A DNA stretch of 32,000 nucleotides from Patescibacteria group bacterium (GCA_041662745.1 JBAZRV010000002.1:60001-92000), one strand, 5' to 3'. Positions 14,594 to 24,654 are shown, numbered from the stretch's first letter. Notes: a model not told the origin generated them from the sequence alone. A program made the numbers and translations.

Positions 14594-16762
14594 ATGAAAC
14601 CAACCAAAAACAAAATTATTCTGACCGCAGTCATTATAGCGGTCTTGGCAGCGCTTTTGGCCGTTTGGTTTTTATGGCCGAAGAGCCAGCCGATAATTGA
14701 TCAGCGTTATTATAACGGTCCGACCGGCCTTAACCTGATTGATCGGGCCTTGGCCGAAGAAAAAATTGATTCGGAAACAGCGTTGATTTATAAAGTGAAG
14801 TTTATTTTCCGCGATCCGACTTTGCCCCAGGAGTATTTTACCAAGGAGTTCCCGTTTGAAGAGGGCGGAGTTTTTGCGGAAGTCAGCGAGAATTGGGACA
14901 AACTGTCCCCAACCGCCAAGGAAATATTAGCGCCTTACTTTAAGCGTCCCGACGATTCGGAGAGTTACATCAGCCAAAAGCTTAACAGTGAAACGCAGAA
15001 TCAAGAAACGGGCTTGGGATTGATCAAGGCGGCTCAGGCTTTTGACCGTCCCTTGTCTTATAAGTCTGACGATAGCCTGATTACGGCTGATGGCAAAATA
15101 AAAGTTTGGTATTTAGAAAAGAAAGAAACCATTAACGGCCGGGAAAATATTACTAAAATTTATTATGGTACGGCTCAAAAAATCGTCGCCAACTTAAATA
15201 CTGACGGGGCCTATGCCCAATATGTCGGTTTACTAGGAAAAATCCCGCCCAGTGATGGGACTTTAGGCGGCGACAGCAAGACTGATATTTATGTCGTGTC
15301 CACTGGTTATAGTTTATTGCTTAATGATGATAATTCGTCTTCTCAAGGGGTTAACGCGCCAGACGGTCCCACGAATGGAAGCAGTTTTATTTTAATTCGT
15401 GATAACTTAAACGCCAAGCATTTAAAAACTACGACCGTTCATGAAATCTTCCACGCTTTCCAGCGGGCTTTTAATTGCCGGCTGACCAAAGCCAATTGGT
15501 GGTGGATTGAAGGCACGGCCACTTGGTCGGAAGACATGATTTATCCTAAGGAAGATTCCGAACAAGGCTATGTGGAGAGTTTTATGCCTAGGCCCGACAC
15601 CAGCTTGTTTAAAAACGGCGATAATTTTGAATATGGCGCTTATCTTTTTCCGTTTTATCTCTCCAATACTTACGATCGGATGATTGTCACTAAAGTTTTT
15701 GAAAATTGCAAAAGCGATGGCGATCCTTTGGCTAGCGCCGAAGCAACGATTGACGGCGGTTTTAAAAAAAATTGGAGAGAGTTCGCTTTATGGAATTTTA
15801 ATCAACAGCCGGTTGAATATTACAAAAAAGCCGATCAAAGCAAAAAATTTCCGGCCGATACTTCGCAAAAAAGCAATAATGATCTGATTTTTTTGGCGCC
15901 GGGCGAAAACACTATTCCTACCAAAGAATTAAACCCCCTGACAGCCCAAGTGATTGAAACTTTTTTCAGCGAATCGCAAGGCGTGCGCAAGGCGGTTTTT
16001 AAAAATTTTAAAAATTTTACCGGCAAAAGCGCTAAGGGAGCGATAAAAGCCATAATTTATCCCAAGAATAACGGCCAGCCGTATATTGAAGATTGGACGG
16101 AAAAGGAAAGCCGCAGCTTTTGTTTTGATAAAGCCGACGATAATTTTGATAAGATAATCTTGATTTTCAGCAACGCGGAATTGAAAAATAAAATTGCAGC
16201 AACCGGTATCAAGGTCAAAACTCTGGAGTCTTGCTACGCAATTGATCAGGGCGAAACTATGACCGTCAAGCCGATTTTCGCCGTAACGTCGGGCTATGTT
16301 GGCACGTTGAAATACCAAGCCGAGGGCGGCTTGGTTAAGGATTCCGTGCCGGCCGCGGCCAAGTATCCTTACTTGGGTAAGTGGCAGGTCAAAGTTGATT
16401 ATTTGGAGCAATTTCCGCCCCAAAGAGTGGTGGCGATTACCGCCAGCGAGATGGATTTCGCTTATAACCATTATTTGGAATTTGATTTGAGCGCCGATTC
16501 TGTTTTAAAAGACGGCACGGTTGAAGTGACCACTAAGGAAGGCAAGTTTGAGACCCCGGGCTGGGAAATCCATAATGAACTGTCCGGCCAGACAGCGACC
16601 ATTCCCAAAAATACCACCATGTGGGATGTGCCGCAGAAAGGCGTGATTACGGAAATGACCGCAGACGGCTGTAAGATCAGCTTGCCCGATTTCGTTTTGT
16701 ATAATTCCGGCGGTTATCGCAGTTTGCCCCATCCGATAGTTTTGGAAATAAAAAATAATTAG
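14594..16762 (+). CDS. secreted/membrane-anchored HExxH metalloprotease-like protein
   Basis: N-terminal transmembrane segment; TTVHEIFHAFQRAF (HExxH) followed by WWWIEGTATWSEDM. Confidence 0.75.
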   Translation: MKPTKNKIILTAVIIAVLAALLAVWFLWPKSQPIIDQRYYNGPTGLNLIDRALAEEKIDSETALIYKVKFIFRDPTLPQEYFTKEFPFEEGGVFAEVSENWDKLSPTAKEILAPYFKRPDDSESYISQKLNSETQNQETGLGLIKAAQAFDRPLSYKSDDSLITADGKIKVWYLEKKETINGRENITKIYYGTAQKIVANLNTDGAYAQYVGLLGKIPPSDGTLGGDSKTDIYVVSTGYSLLLNDDNSSSQGVNAPDGPTNGSSFILIRDNLNAKHLKTTTVHEIFHAFQRAFNCRLTKANWWWIEGTATWSEDMIYPKEDSEQGYVESFMPRPDTSLFKNGDNFEYGAYLFPFYLSNTYDRMIVTKVFENCKSDGDPLASAEATIDGGFKKNWREFALWNFNQQPVEYYKKADQSKKFPADTSQKSNNDLIFLAPGENTIPTKELNPLTAQVIETFFSESQGVRKAVFKNFKNFTGKSAKGAIKAIIYPKNNGQPYIEDWTEKESRSFCFDKADDNFDKIILIFSNAELKNKIAATGIKVKTLESCYAIDQGETMTVKPIFAVTSGYVGTLKYQAEGGLVKDSVPAAAKYPYLGKWQVKVDYLEQFPPQRVVAITASEMDFAYNHYLEFDLSADSVLKDGTVEVTTKEGKFETPGWEIHNELSGQTATIPKNTTMWDVPQKGVITEMTADGCKISLPDFVLYNSGGYRSLPHPIVLEIKNN

Positions 16763-16780
16763 TTTGCCAAATAATTTTTA

Positions 16781-17791
16781 ATGGCCACCCCTTTTAAAAA
16801 ATTAATAGTGATTCTCGGTCCGACCGCCACCGGCAAAACCCGCTTGGCGGTCGCTTTGGCGCGACGCTTTGGCGGTGAAATAATCTCCGCCGACAGCCGG
16901 CAGGTGTATCGGGGCATGGATATCGGCACGGGCAAGGATTTGCAAGAGTATGTTTTGACTGGGTCGGCCGTGAAATCAACCGGGCGGACCGGTAGGGCCT
17001 TAAAAGGGCATTCTGGAAGGGTGCTGGGAGGCCATAAAACGACCGGCAATATGCCTTATCATTTAATTGATATAATTCAGCCGATGACGCCGTTTAACGT
17101 CGCCAAGTATCAGAAGCTGGCCTATCGGTCTATTGAGGGAGTGTTAGCCCGAGGCAAGGTGCCGATTCTATGCGGCGGTACGGGCCTCTACATTGACGCG
17201 GTGACCAGGGGCTATGAGTTTGGCGGGGCGTTGGCGGACAAGGAGCTTAAGGCGTTGCGCAACAGGTTGGATAAATTGTCCCTGCCCCGGCTTTTGGCGC
17301 GATTAAAAAAAATTGACTTGCCGACTTATAAGACGATAGATCGGAAAAACCGCCGGCGCGTGCAAAGGGCGGTAGAGATTTATTATCAAACCGGCCGGAA
17401 GAAATCCGTCGGCGACCGGCCGGTCAAGTCGGATTATGATTTGCTGATTATCGGAGTGAAGTTTCCGCTGGCGGAGATTTATCGCCGTATTGACAGCCGG
17501 CTGGAAACACGAATCAAGGAGGGGATGATCAAAGAAATAAAAAAACTCCGCCGGCAGGGCGTGAGTTGGAAGCGCTTGGAGGAATTCGGTTTGGAGTATC
17601 GTTATGTGTCGCGTTATTTGCGTGGCCTGATCGGCTATCGGGAAATGTTGGAGCAACTCAGGAATGAAATCCATCATTTCGCCAAACGGCAGCTGACTTG
17701 GTTTAAAAGAAACAAAGACATTGTTTGGGTTAACGAACCCCAAGAGGCCGAGCGAGCCATTGACGGTTTCCTTAAAAAATTACCATTATAA
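16781..17791 (+). CDS. miaA: tRNA dimethylallyltransferase
   Basis: ILGPTATGKTRLAVALARRFGGEIISADSRQVYRGMDIGTGK, PYHLIDI, CGGTGLYIDA, RRRVQRAVEIY motifs. Confidence 0.95.
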   Translation: MATPFKKLIVILGPTATGKTRLAVALARRFGGEIISADSRQVYRGMDIGTGKDLQEYVLTGSAVKSTGRTGRALKGHSGRVLGGHKTTGNMPYHLIDIIQPMTPFNVAKYQKLAYRSIEGVLARGKVPILCGGTGLYIDAVTRGYEFGGALADKELKALRNRLDKLSLPRLLARLKKIDLPTYKTIDRKNRRRVQRAVEIYYQTGRKKSVGDRPVKSDYDLLIIGVKFPLAEIYRRIDSRLETRIKEGMIKEIKKLRRQGVSWKRLEEFGLEYRYVSRYLRGLIGYREMLEQLRNEIHHFAKRQLTWFKRNKDIVWVNEPQEAERAIDGFLKKLPL

Positions 17792-17792
17792 A

Positions 17793-17826
17793 CCGCCACA
17801 TTGATTGTGTGGCGGATTTATTTTTG
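17793..17826 (+). terminator. terminator downstream of miaA
   Basis: CCGCCACA TTGATTG TGTGGCGG followed by ATTTATTTTT. Confidence 0.75.
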
Positions 17827-18080
17827 ACCGCACAATTATTTGTGATTTATTTATGATTCGCCATCTTTAACTTCTTTAGAGATTTTTTGAGAAAGCGGAT
17901 TCTGGTCAAAATCTTGCCGTCCCCGTTATAATCTTATTTGTTTCTGGTTTTAAGTTTAATCATTGGTTAATTAGTTTGTCGGTTTTTTTTATCAATTTTT
18001 ATCATTATTTTTATCTAATTTTATACATTTATAAGCTATGGGTTACGTATTGGATAATGTTTGCGTGGATAAACTTTTGT

Positions 18081-19037
18081 TTAGTTAACAGTCAAGGGTG
18101 ACACTTTGGATTGGATTGATACCATATATTGATTAAACTTTTGTATTGGAGTTAAACCGTTCATGTTCTTGCCCAAATGGTATCTCTCATGGTTGTACCA
18201 ATGAACGTATTCTCTCAAACTCTTGAATGGCTTGCCGGGATTTAAATAGTACTCGTCATCTACGCTCCGATTAGCCCTTTCAACTTTGCCGTTCCAAGGA
18301 GCGCTTCTCTTGGGAATGAATCTCTGATTGATGCCGCTATTTTTAACATGGCTGGCAAAGCCGCCTCGAAACTCTCCGCCATTGTCAGTCTGCAGTCCCT
18401 TGATCTCGAAAGGAAAGAATCTCTTGGCTTTCTTCAACGCGATCATCGATGTCGGCGCATTCCGGCTGTAGCAGTCGACAGCTAATTGCATATTCGTGTA
18501 AGTATCGATGAATCTGTATTGATAGTTCCAAACTCCCGGTTCTTCCTCTGATGGCACGTATTTTACGTCTAATTGGACGTTTTCTCCTGGCTGTTTGGCT
18601 TTGTAGGGCTCTTTCATGGGCTGATACCAAGGTTGTTTTCTCTGCGGCTTCCTGATCAATTTCTTCTTCTTGTAGTAGCGGTAAATTATCGTAGTCGAGA
18701 TATCGACATTCAATTTCTCTTTGACATGGAGTTTCATCTTCTTCGGCCCATAATTGTATTTGAGCTTGGCATCGTAGATGAAGCATCTGACTTGAGAAGT
18801 CATCTTCAACTGGGGATGGAGCTCACGGCTGATGTGTCTGTTAGAGCCGTAACCATGATCCTTGTTGTACCATTTGTAGTAGGTCTTGCGAGAAATGCCG
18901 AAGATATTGCAAACCTCTTCAATCGTTTTTCCATACTTTTCGACCTGGCGATACCATCTGAACCTCATTTCCTGAGGAGCGCTAAGCGGTGATCCTGGCA
19001 TATATTTGGCTGATTTTAGGTGAGTTAACAGTGTCAC
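18081..19037 (-). CDS. IS481-family-like DDE transposase (rve integrase core)
   Basis: HTH region (TIEEVCNIFGISRKTYYKWYNK); DDE core VQLDVKYV...LQTDNGGEF...APWNGKVERANRSVDDEYY. The track start is probably GTG. Confidence 0.9.
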   Translation of the reverse strand: MTLLTHLKSAKYMPGSPLSAPQEMRFRWYRQVEKYGKTIEEVCNIFGISRKTYYKWYNKDHGYGSNRHISRELHPQLKMTSQVRCFIYDAKLKYNYGPKKMKLHVKEKLNVDISTTIIYRYYKKKKLIRKPQRKQPWYQPMKEPYKAKQPGENVQLDVKYVPSEEEPGVWNYQYRFIDTYTNMQLAVDCYSRNAPTSMIALKKAKRFFPFEIKGLQTDNGGEFRGGFASHVKNSGINQRFIPKRSAPWNGKVERANRSVDDEYYLNPGKPFKSLREYVHWYNHERYHLGKNMNGLTPIQKFNQYMVSIQSKVSPLTVN

Positions 19038-19073
19038 CCTTATCCTACCAGAATGTCACCCTTTAATGTTAAC
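18084..19073 (-). mobile_element. IS481-like insertion sequence
   Basis: Terminal inverted repeats GTTAACAGTCAAGGGTGACACTTTGG (18084-18109) and the reverse complement of 19048-19073 GTTAACATTAAAGGGTGACATTCTGG (22/26 identical) around a DDE transposase. Confidence 0.8.
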
Positions 19074-19084
19074 TGTACAACTTT

Positions 19085-19113
19085 TTGACAAAAATATCAA
19101 TGTATGCTATAAT
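19085..19113 (+). promoter_or_regulatory. perfect consensus sigma70-type promoter
   Basis: TTGACA (19085-19090), 17 nt, TATAAT (19108-19113). Confidence 0.75.
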
Positions 19114-19180
19114 TATATATTCCTCATTGGGAGGAAGGCACCTACACAATCGCAGTTAGCAACACAGAAGGGAAATTGCA

Positions 19181-20119
19181 ATGCGTAACATCGCGGTCTT
19201 CACGATCTTGCTGGCCTGTGCGTTTTTGGTTTTGGCGGTTTCGGCTTTTGCTGACGCCCCTTATCATGACGCCGATACCAATCAGGACAACAAAATAGAA
19301 TTGTCCGAACTTTTGCGCGTCATTCAGTTCTTCAATATGGATGGGTATCATGCTTGTCCGGAAGAGGGAACCGAAGACGGCTTCTGTCCCGGCTTATCTC
19401 CGAGTGAAGGCGAAGGAGAAGGCGAAGGAGTCGAAAGTTATACCGTCTCCTTAGTAGCTGATCCTCCTGATGCTGGTACCATAAATTTTATGCCGGATTC
19501 TTCGGAAACAACAATGACCGTTGAAGGCGGTACAAGAGTGACTATTGGCGCAACGGTTTTTCCCGGCTGGTATTTTAATCGTTTTAAGATAGTCGATTCT
19601 ACTGGCCATACCGTTTATTCGACGATCAACCCCTTCTCGATTATCGTTTGGGATGATCAAGTTGTCACCGCTCAATTCGTCCTTAATTACGTGTCGGTCC
19701 CGACTATTTCATTCCGTTGCAGTTCAAGTAGCGATATCCAATTATCTGTTAGGATGCCCAGCGGTAATAATCTCCACAGCTACTTGGTTGATCCGACCAT
19801 TGGCCATCTCAACTATGTGGGAGTAGCCGGACCAAACGGAAACTGGGTATGGGATCCGGAAACTAGCCCTCGCAATCCGGATATCGTAATTATTGAATCA
19901 GAGACTTACTGGTTGATTCAATTAACCACTAATTTTGAGTCCTGGGCACCGGATCATTTCCGTGGCAATCTGTTTGCTGTGGATGACACGGGCCAGATGT
20001 CGTTTTTTGACCTCAGCCAATGGTCGGTCAATTACGGGTTGGATGATTCAGTGGTGGTTGATGATGGATCCGGCGAATTGGCGATTGAATTCCTTCGGGA
20101 TGATGGCGACTGCTACTAG
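19181..20119 (+). CDS. secreted EF-hand/dockerin-like protein with Gly-Glu linker (paralog 1)
   Basis: Signal peptide; DTNQDNKIELSE Ca-binding-type loop in YHDADTNQDNKIELSELLRVIQFFN; EGEGEGEG; C-terminal domain shared with the 25622 gene. Start likely 19181 or a nearby in-frame ATG. Confidence 0.8.
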   Translation: MRNIAVFTILLACAFLVLAVSAFADAPYHDADTNQDNKIELSELLRVIQFFNMDGYHACPEEGTEDGFCPGLSPSEGEGEGEGVESYTVSLVADPPDAGTINFMPDSSETTMTVEGGTRVTIGATVFPGWYFNRFKIVDSTGHTVYSTINPFSIIVWDDQVVTAQFVLNYVSVPTISFRCSSSSDIQLSVRMPSGNNLHSYLVDPTIGHLNYVGVAGPNGNWVWDPETSPRNPDIVIIESETYWLIQLTTNFESWAPDHFRGNLFAVDDTGQMSFFDLSQWSVNYGLDDSVVVDDGSGELAIEFLRDDGDCY

Positions 20120-20150
20120 AAAGTAGTCACTACGACAGACGCACCTTACG

Positions 20151-20182
20151 GGCGGTCAGCAAGAGCTGGCCGTCTATTATTT
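20151..20182 (+). terminator. predicted terminator
   Basis: GGCGGTCAGC AAGA GCTGGCCGTC followed by TATTATTTTA. Confidence 0.55.
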
Positions 20183-20431
20183 TAGGCCGCCTTTGCCAAA
20201 AGTCCTGTTTAGCCATTCTTTTAGGGGAGCATCCTTGTCTAATTCTTTTCGCGCCGCTTGTTCCCTGATGGTCGGCTCAATATCGTTAGCGATGTTCGTC
20301 AATTCCGCCTCGCGGTCGCTTAAATCGCCGCCTTGGCGGGATTCGCGGGTTTTTTCGGCTTGATTCAACCCATCAAGATCAACTATTCCCGGGGAAGGTA
20401 ATTCCGTCCCTCTTTTCGTTGTTTCCGGCAT
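20177..20431 (-). CDS. small hypothetical protein, 84 aa
   Basis: Intact ORF, same strand as the neighbouring 20443-21012 gene. Confidence 0.55.
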   Translation of the reverse strand: MPETTKRGTELPSPGIVDLDGLNQAEKTRESRQGGDLSDREAELTNIANDIEPTIREQAARKELDKDAPLKEWLNRTFGKGGLK

Positions 20432-20442
20432 ATTATTTATAA

Positions 20443-21012
20443 TTAAAATTTAGGTTTGAGCGAGCTGGGTATGCCGGCAGAAACAAATCCGCCGCCGCCG
20501 GCTTTGCCGGACAGAGAAGAGGCGATACGGCGGGAACCGGTCAGACTGGTAGCTTTTGCCTGTTGGCGTTGCAAGAACGAAGGCTTTTCTCCGGCATGGG
20601 GGCCAAGAGCTTTTTGATTTAATGAGCTTACGCCGGCTTGGCCCAAATCTTCTTCTGACATCTCCAGAATATGTTCCCGTCTGACGCGGGCAATGCTTTG
20701 GGCCTTGACGCGTTCTTTGTTGAGGTACTCCTTAACGGCAAAAGTCGGATTCTTCTCAAAGCCGTAGACGCCGGCTCGGTTAAGAACGGCAGCGATTTCT
20801 TTCATTTGCGAAACAGGAATCGGCTTGTCTTGAGTGATTATCTTGCTGATGGCCGGATCATCGTAACCGGCGTTCCTTAGGGCCTCCTTGGTTTTCCACA
20901 GGACGGATTCGCCAACCGCCCGACGGCTTTTGATGTTGGCTTGGTAGAGTTTAGAAAATTTTATTTCCTTGGGCGTGTATTTTTGCGCCTGGGATTGTTG
21001 GATAAAAGGCAT
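20443..21012 (-). CDS. hypothetical protein, 189 aa
   Basis: Intact ORF directly downstream of gatB on the same strand. Confidence 0.65.
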   Translation of the reverse strand: MPFIQQSQAQKYTPKEIKFSKLYQANIKSRRAVGESVLWKTKEALRNAGYDDPAISKIITQDKPIPVSQMKEIAAVLNRAGVYGFEKNPTFAVKEYLNKERVKAQSIARVRREHILEMSEEDLGQAGVSSLNQKALGPHAGEKPSFLQRQQAKATSLTGSRRIASSLSGKAGGGGFVSAGIPSSLKPKF

Positions 21013-21081
21013 GGGATTATTTGAACTGAGGAATTGAAAATCTCGCGCTATGATAATTAACGGGATAATTATGGCAAATCG

Positions 21082-22605
21082 TTAGCTTAGTTTCTTGGTC
21101 AATAAGTCATTGATTATCGCCGGATTGGCCTTGCCCTTGGCTTCGCGCATCACTTGGCCGACTAAGAATTTGAAGGAAGCCTCTTTGCCTGCTTTAAAAT
21201 CCTCCACTGCTTTGGGATTGGCGGCGATGATTTTTTCCACAATCGTTTCAATTTCTCCGGCATCTTCCATTTGGCCTAAGTTTTTCTCTTCCATAATATC
21301 AGACGGATCTTTGCCGGTGGCGAACATTTCTTCCAGTATTTGCTGGGCGGCCAGATTATTGACTTTGGAAACATAGATTAATGACAGGAATTCGGCGAAG
21401 TTTTCCGGCGCAATCTTGCAATCCTTGATAGCGGTTTTATGTTCGTTTAAATGCTTGAACAGATGGTTAACCAGCCAATTGCCAACCAGTTTGGAGATTT
21501 TTTTGCCTTCGCGCTCCCGGATTTCCTCGGCCGTGCCCTCAACTTCGGGCACGCTGTCCAGCCATTCAATCATTTCCGAAATAACTTCTTCGGCGTAGGC
21601 GGCCAAGGCCTTGTCGGCTACGATGATGCCGGCGACTTCCGGATCAAATTGGTATTCGGCCACGAAACGCTTGAGTTTGGCTTGGGGCAATTCCGGCAGG
21701 GTGGCGCGCAATAAGGCGATTTTATCTTCGCTGATTTGTAGCGGCGGCAAGTCCGGCTCGGGGAAATAGCGGTAGTCGGCGGCGGTTTCCTTGATGCGTT
21801 GGCTGAAAGTTTCTTGTTTGGCATCATCCCAGCCGCGGGTTTCTTGCACCAGCTTTTCGCCGGCATCAATCGCTTTGGTTTGCCGGCGGATTTCAAATTC
21901 AATGGCTCGCTCCAGGGAGCGGAATGAATTGATGTTTTTGAGCTCCACTTTGGGATTCAACCGGTAATCCAACAGCGGTTTGACTTCGTTATTGACGATT
22001 TCAAATTTGCCGTCTTCTTGCAATGACACGTTAGCCTCGCAACGCATTTGGCCCTTTTCCATATCCGCTTCGGAGATTTCCAGATAACGCAGGATTTGTT
22101 GGTAAAGCTGGCAGAATTCTTTGGCTTCCTTGGCGCTGTCAATGACCGGCCCGGTGACCAATTCAATCAGGGGAGTGCCGGCGCGCGACAAGTCAACCAA
22201 AGTACCGGAAGAAACATGGGAGAGCTTGCCCGTGTCTTCCTCCAAGTGGATGCGCACGATGGAAACGTTTTTTTTGCCGACTTGCAGGTTGCCGTCGTAA
22301 GTCAAAGGCAAATCATATTGGGAAATCTGATAGCCCTTGGGCAGGTCGGGATAAAAATAATTTTTGCGGTCAAACTTGGTGAAGTTATTGATTTGGCAAT
22401 TCAAAGCCAGACCGACCAAAATTGTCCAGTCAATCGCTTGACGGTTGGCTACCGGCAACATGCCCGGATGGCCCAGGCAGATAGGGCAAATGTTTTCGTT
22501 GGGCTTGTCCTGCAGTTTGTAGCCGTTGGCGCAGGTGCAGAACATTTTGGTTTTGGTGTTGAGTTCGGCGTGGATTTCCATGCCGATAACCGGAACAAGC
22601 TTCAT
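21082..22605 (-). CDS. gatB: Asp-tRNA(Asn)/Glu-tRNA(Gln) amidotransferase subunit B
   Basis: VIGMEIHAELNTKTKMFC, CPICLGHPGMLPVAN, KNYFYPDLPKGYQISQYDLP, DYRYFPEPDLPPL motifs. Confidence 0.97.
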   Translation of the reverse strand: MKLVPVIGMEIHAELNTKTKMFCTCANGYKLQDKPNENICPICLGHPGMLPVANRQAIDWTILVGLALNCQINNFTKFDRKNYFYPDLPKGYQISQYDLPLTYDGNLQVGKKNVSIVRIHLEEDTGKLSHVSSGTLVDLSRAGTPLIELVTGPVIDSAKEAKEFCQLYQQILRYLEISEADMEKGQMRCEANVSLQEDGKFEIVNNEVKPLLDYRLNPKVELKNINSFRSLERAIEFEIRRQTKAIDAGEKLVQETRGWDDAKQETFSQRIKETAADYRYFPEPDLPPLQISEDKIALLRATLPELPQAKLKRFVAEYQFDPEVAGIIVADKALAAYAEEVISEMIEWLDSVPEVEGTAEEIREREGKKISKLVGNWLVNHLFKHLNEHKTAIKDCKIAPENFAEFLSLIYVSKVNNLAAQQILEEMFATGKDPSDIMEEKNLGQMEDAGEIETIVEKIIAANPKAVEDFKAGKEASFKFLVGQVMREAKGKANPAIINDLLTKKLS

Positions 22606-22811
22606 AGTGTCTGGTGTCTATAATGGTTTAAGTTGAATATAGTTTAACGTTTTTTGCCGTAAAAATCAAGTCTAACCCCCTTCCCCCTATCCCCGTTTTA
22701 AAGATTTCTTATTCAATCAAAAGGCCAATAGTTTGTAAAAAATGTGTTTAAAATAAGGTAAAGGGGCTTTATTTTTCGCTTGGCCTAACAGCTGAGCGTT
22801 TTTGCATAAAA

Positions 22812-22835
22812 AAACCGGCAAAAGTTTGCCGGTGA
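22812..22835 (-). terminator. terminator downstream of thyX
   Basis: ACCGGCAAA/TTTGCCGGT inverted repeat; minus strand followed by a T tract (GGTTTTTTTATG). Confidence 0.7.
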
Positions 22836-22861
22836 TAAGGTGCGAGATTAAGAATGATTTT

Positions 22862-23926
22862 TTAAAAATTCTCATACAATCTTTCCGCTTCAGGAATAGC
22901 CGCAAACAGTTGATGCTGGAATTCTTCAATTACCCCGCGGATTTCCCACTGAGCATGGGAATCCAGCCGCAATTTGAATACCCGGAACCATTGCTCTAAA
23001 TTGCCAGCCATGCAAATTTCCGAGGCTACGGCGTTGGGCAATATAAAGCGGGCGTCTTCCTTGAGTTTTTTGCCCTTCAATCCCATTCGCTCCATTGAGC
23101 CAAGCAATTTTTGATACATTAGATTGCTTTCTTGCAATTGCGTCAAATATAGATCGCTCAATTCGGCTTCTACAATGGATGGCGGTACGATGAAATACCC
23201 GTTTTCAATGAAACCTCTTTCATCGCAATAACGTTGCGATTCTTGCGCGAAAGAAGAACGGCGATGGCGGACAAGCTGGTGGGTAAAGGCGCGGGAGCCG
23301 ACAAAGCGAGCCGCGGCCCAATAATGCTTGAGTTTTTCTTGATCAGTCAAAGGCGACTCCGAGATATTATAAAAACCATGTTCCACGCAATAGCAGTGCC
23401 AATAACAGAATTTTGATTTATTATCGTTTAAGATTTCTTGCTGGGCCCTATTCTCTATCTCGCCTTCTACGATTTCCGGATAGTGGACGGCTAAATCAAG
23501 ATAAATGGCTATGCTTTCAATATAATCCCGATAGTCCAAAGAAATAGTCCGCAACAAATCGCGAAATGATCGGAAATTTCCACTGATTAGGAAATGCTTT
23601 TTCTCTTCCGTCACTTGAACGCAAGCCCCGGATTTTAACACCTCAATCAGCCATTCTTTTAAACGTTCGGAACCGGTTAATCGTTCGGAATCGGTTTTGG
23701 GGAGTTTGAAGGTCAGCCAGGAGAATTCTATCATGGCCTCGTGGCCGCTTTTGATCAGGGCGCCCACAAAGCGCCGAGCAGAGTCATCGCTGATTTTGTC
23801 TTGTGATTTATAGCAGGTTCGGCCGGCTAATTCCACTAATTTCAATTGATCAATCGGTTGTCCGGTCGCATCCAATAATTCCGGTTTGGCAGTCTTTACG
23901 GCTAAGAGCTTAACCGTGTTTTTCAT
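22862..23926 (-). CDS. thyX: FAD-dependent thymidylate synthase-like protein
   Basis: RHRRSSFAQESQRYCD matches the ThyX RHRxxSxxxxSxR motif; a thymidylate kinase gene lies immediately upstream on the same strand. Confidence 0.88.
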   Translation of the reverse strand: MKNTVKLLAVKTAKPELLDATGQPIDQLKLVELAGRTCYKSQDKISDDSARRFVGALIKSGHEAMIEFSWLTFKLPKTDSERLTGSERLKEWLIEVLKSGACVQVTEEKKHFLISGNFRSFRDLLRTISLDYRDYIESIAIYLDLAVHYPEIVEGEIENRAQQEILNDNKSKFCYWHCYCVEHGFYNISESPLTDQEKLKHYWAAARFVGSRAFTHQLVRHRRSSFAQESQRYCDERGFIENGYFIVPPSIVEAELSDLYLTQLQESNLMYQKLLGSMERMGLKGKKLKEDARFILPNAVASEICMAGNLEQWFRVFKLRLDSHAQWEIRGVIEEFQHQLFAAIPEAERLYENF

Positions 23927-23928
23927 TT

Positions 23929-24654
23929 TTATGCTCCTTGATTTTTGCCGATTAAGGCATCTAAATGTTTTTTGATTCGTTCAAACACTTCTTCTTTGGT
24001 GCCGATGCCATTAATCACTTTGACTCGCTCGGGTTCTTGCCGGGCGATTTGCTTATACATGTCTCTGGCGCGTTCAAAGAATTCTTTTCCGTACATCCGT
24101 TCAAAAAAAGCCAGCTTGTCGGGATGTTCCTGAGCCAATCGTTCCAGCATTGTGGCGATCGGAATGTCAATGAACAATGTCAGGTCGGGCTTGACGCCCT
24201 GCAAAGCAAAACGGTTGGCAGCGGCAATGAATTTGACTATGGCCGGATCGCCATTGGCGTGTCCGCCACCCTGGTAGGCCACGGAAGAGTCGCCCAAGCG
24301 ATCGCATAAGACCGTCTTGCCGGCAGCCAGGGCCGGTTTGACGGCTTTATCCATGAATTCGGCGCGGCTGGCCAAGAACAAAAACAATTCGCAGGCCATG
24401 GTGCGGGAAAAATCTTGATTTTCTGTCGGGGTCGTTTGGGCGGTATAATCATTATGCTTGGCAAGCGCTTGGTCAATGGCGGGAATGGCTTCTTCCGGAT
24501 TTTTCAGAAGTTTCCTGATGGCCTCGCCATAAAGCGTGCCCCCAGGTTCGCGCATGATTACCGGATCCAGGCCAAGATCTTGCAAATAAGCGGCGGTTTT
24601 TTTTGTTTGTACGCCCTTGCCGGCGCCTTCAATGCCCTCAAAAGAAATAATCAT
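23929..24654 (-). CDS. tmk: thymidylate kinase
   Basis: ISFEGIEGAGKGVQTKK, MREPGGT, LCDRLGDSSVAYQG motifs. Confidence 0.92.
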   Translation of the reverse strand: MIISFEGIEGAGKGVQTKKTAAYLQDLGLDPVIMREPGGTLYGEAIRKLLKNPEEAIPAIDQALAKHNDYTAQTTPTENQDFSRTMACELFLFLASRAEFMDKAVKPALAAGKTVLCDRLGDSSVAYQGGGHANGDPAIVKFIAAANRFALQGVKPDLTLFIDIPIATMLERLAQEHPDKLAFFERMYGKEFFERARDMYKQIARQEPERVKVINGIGTKEEVFERIKKHLDALIGKNQGA

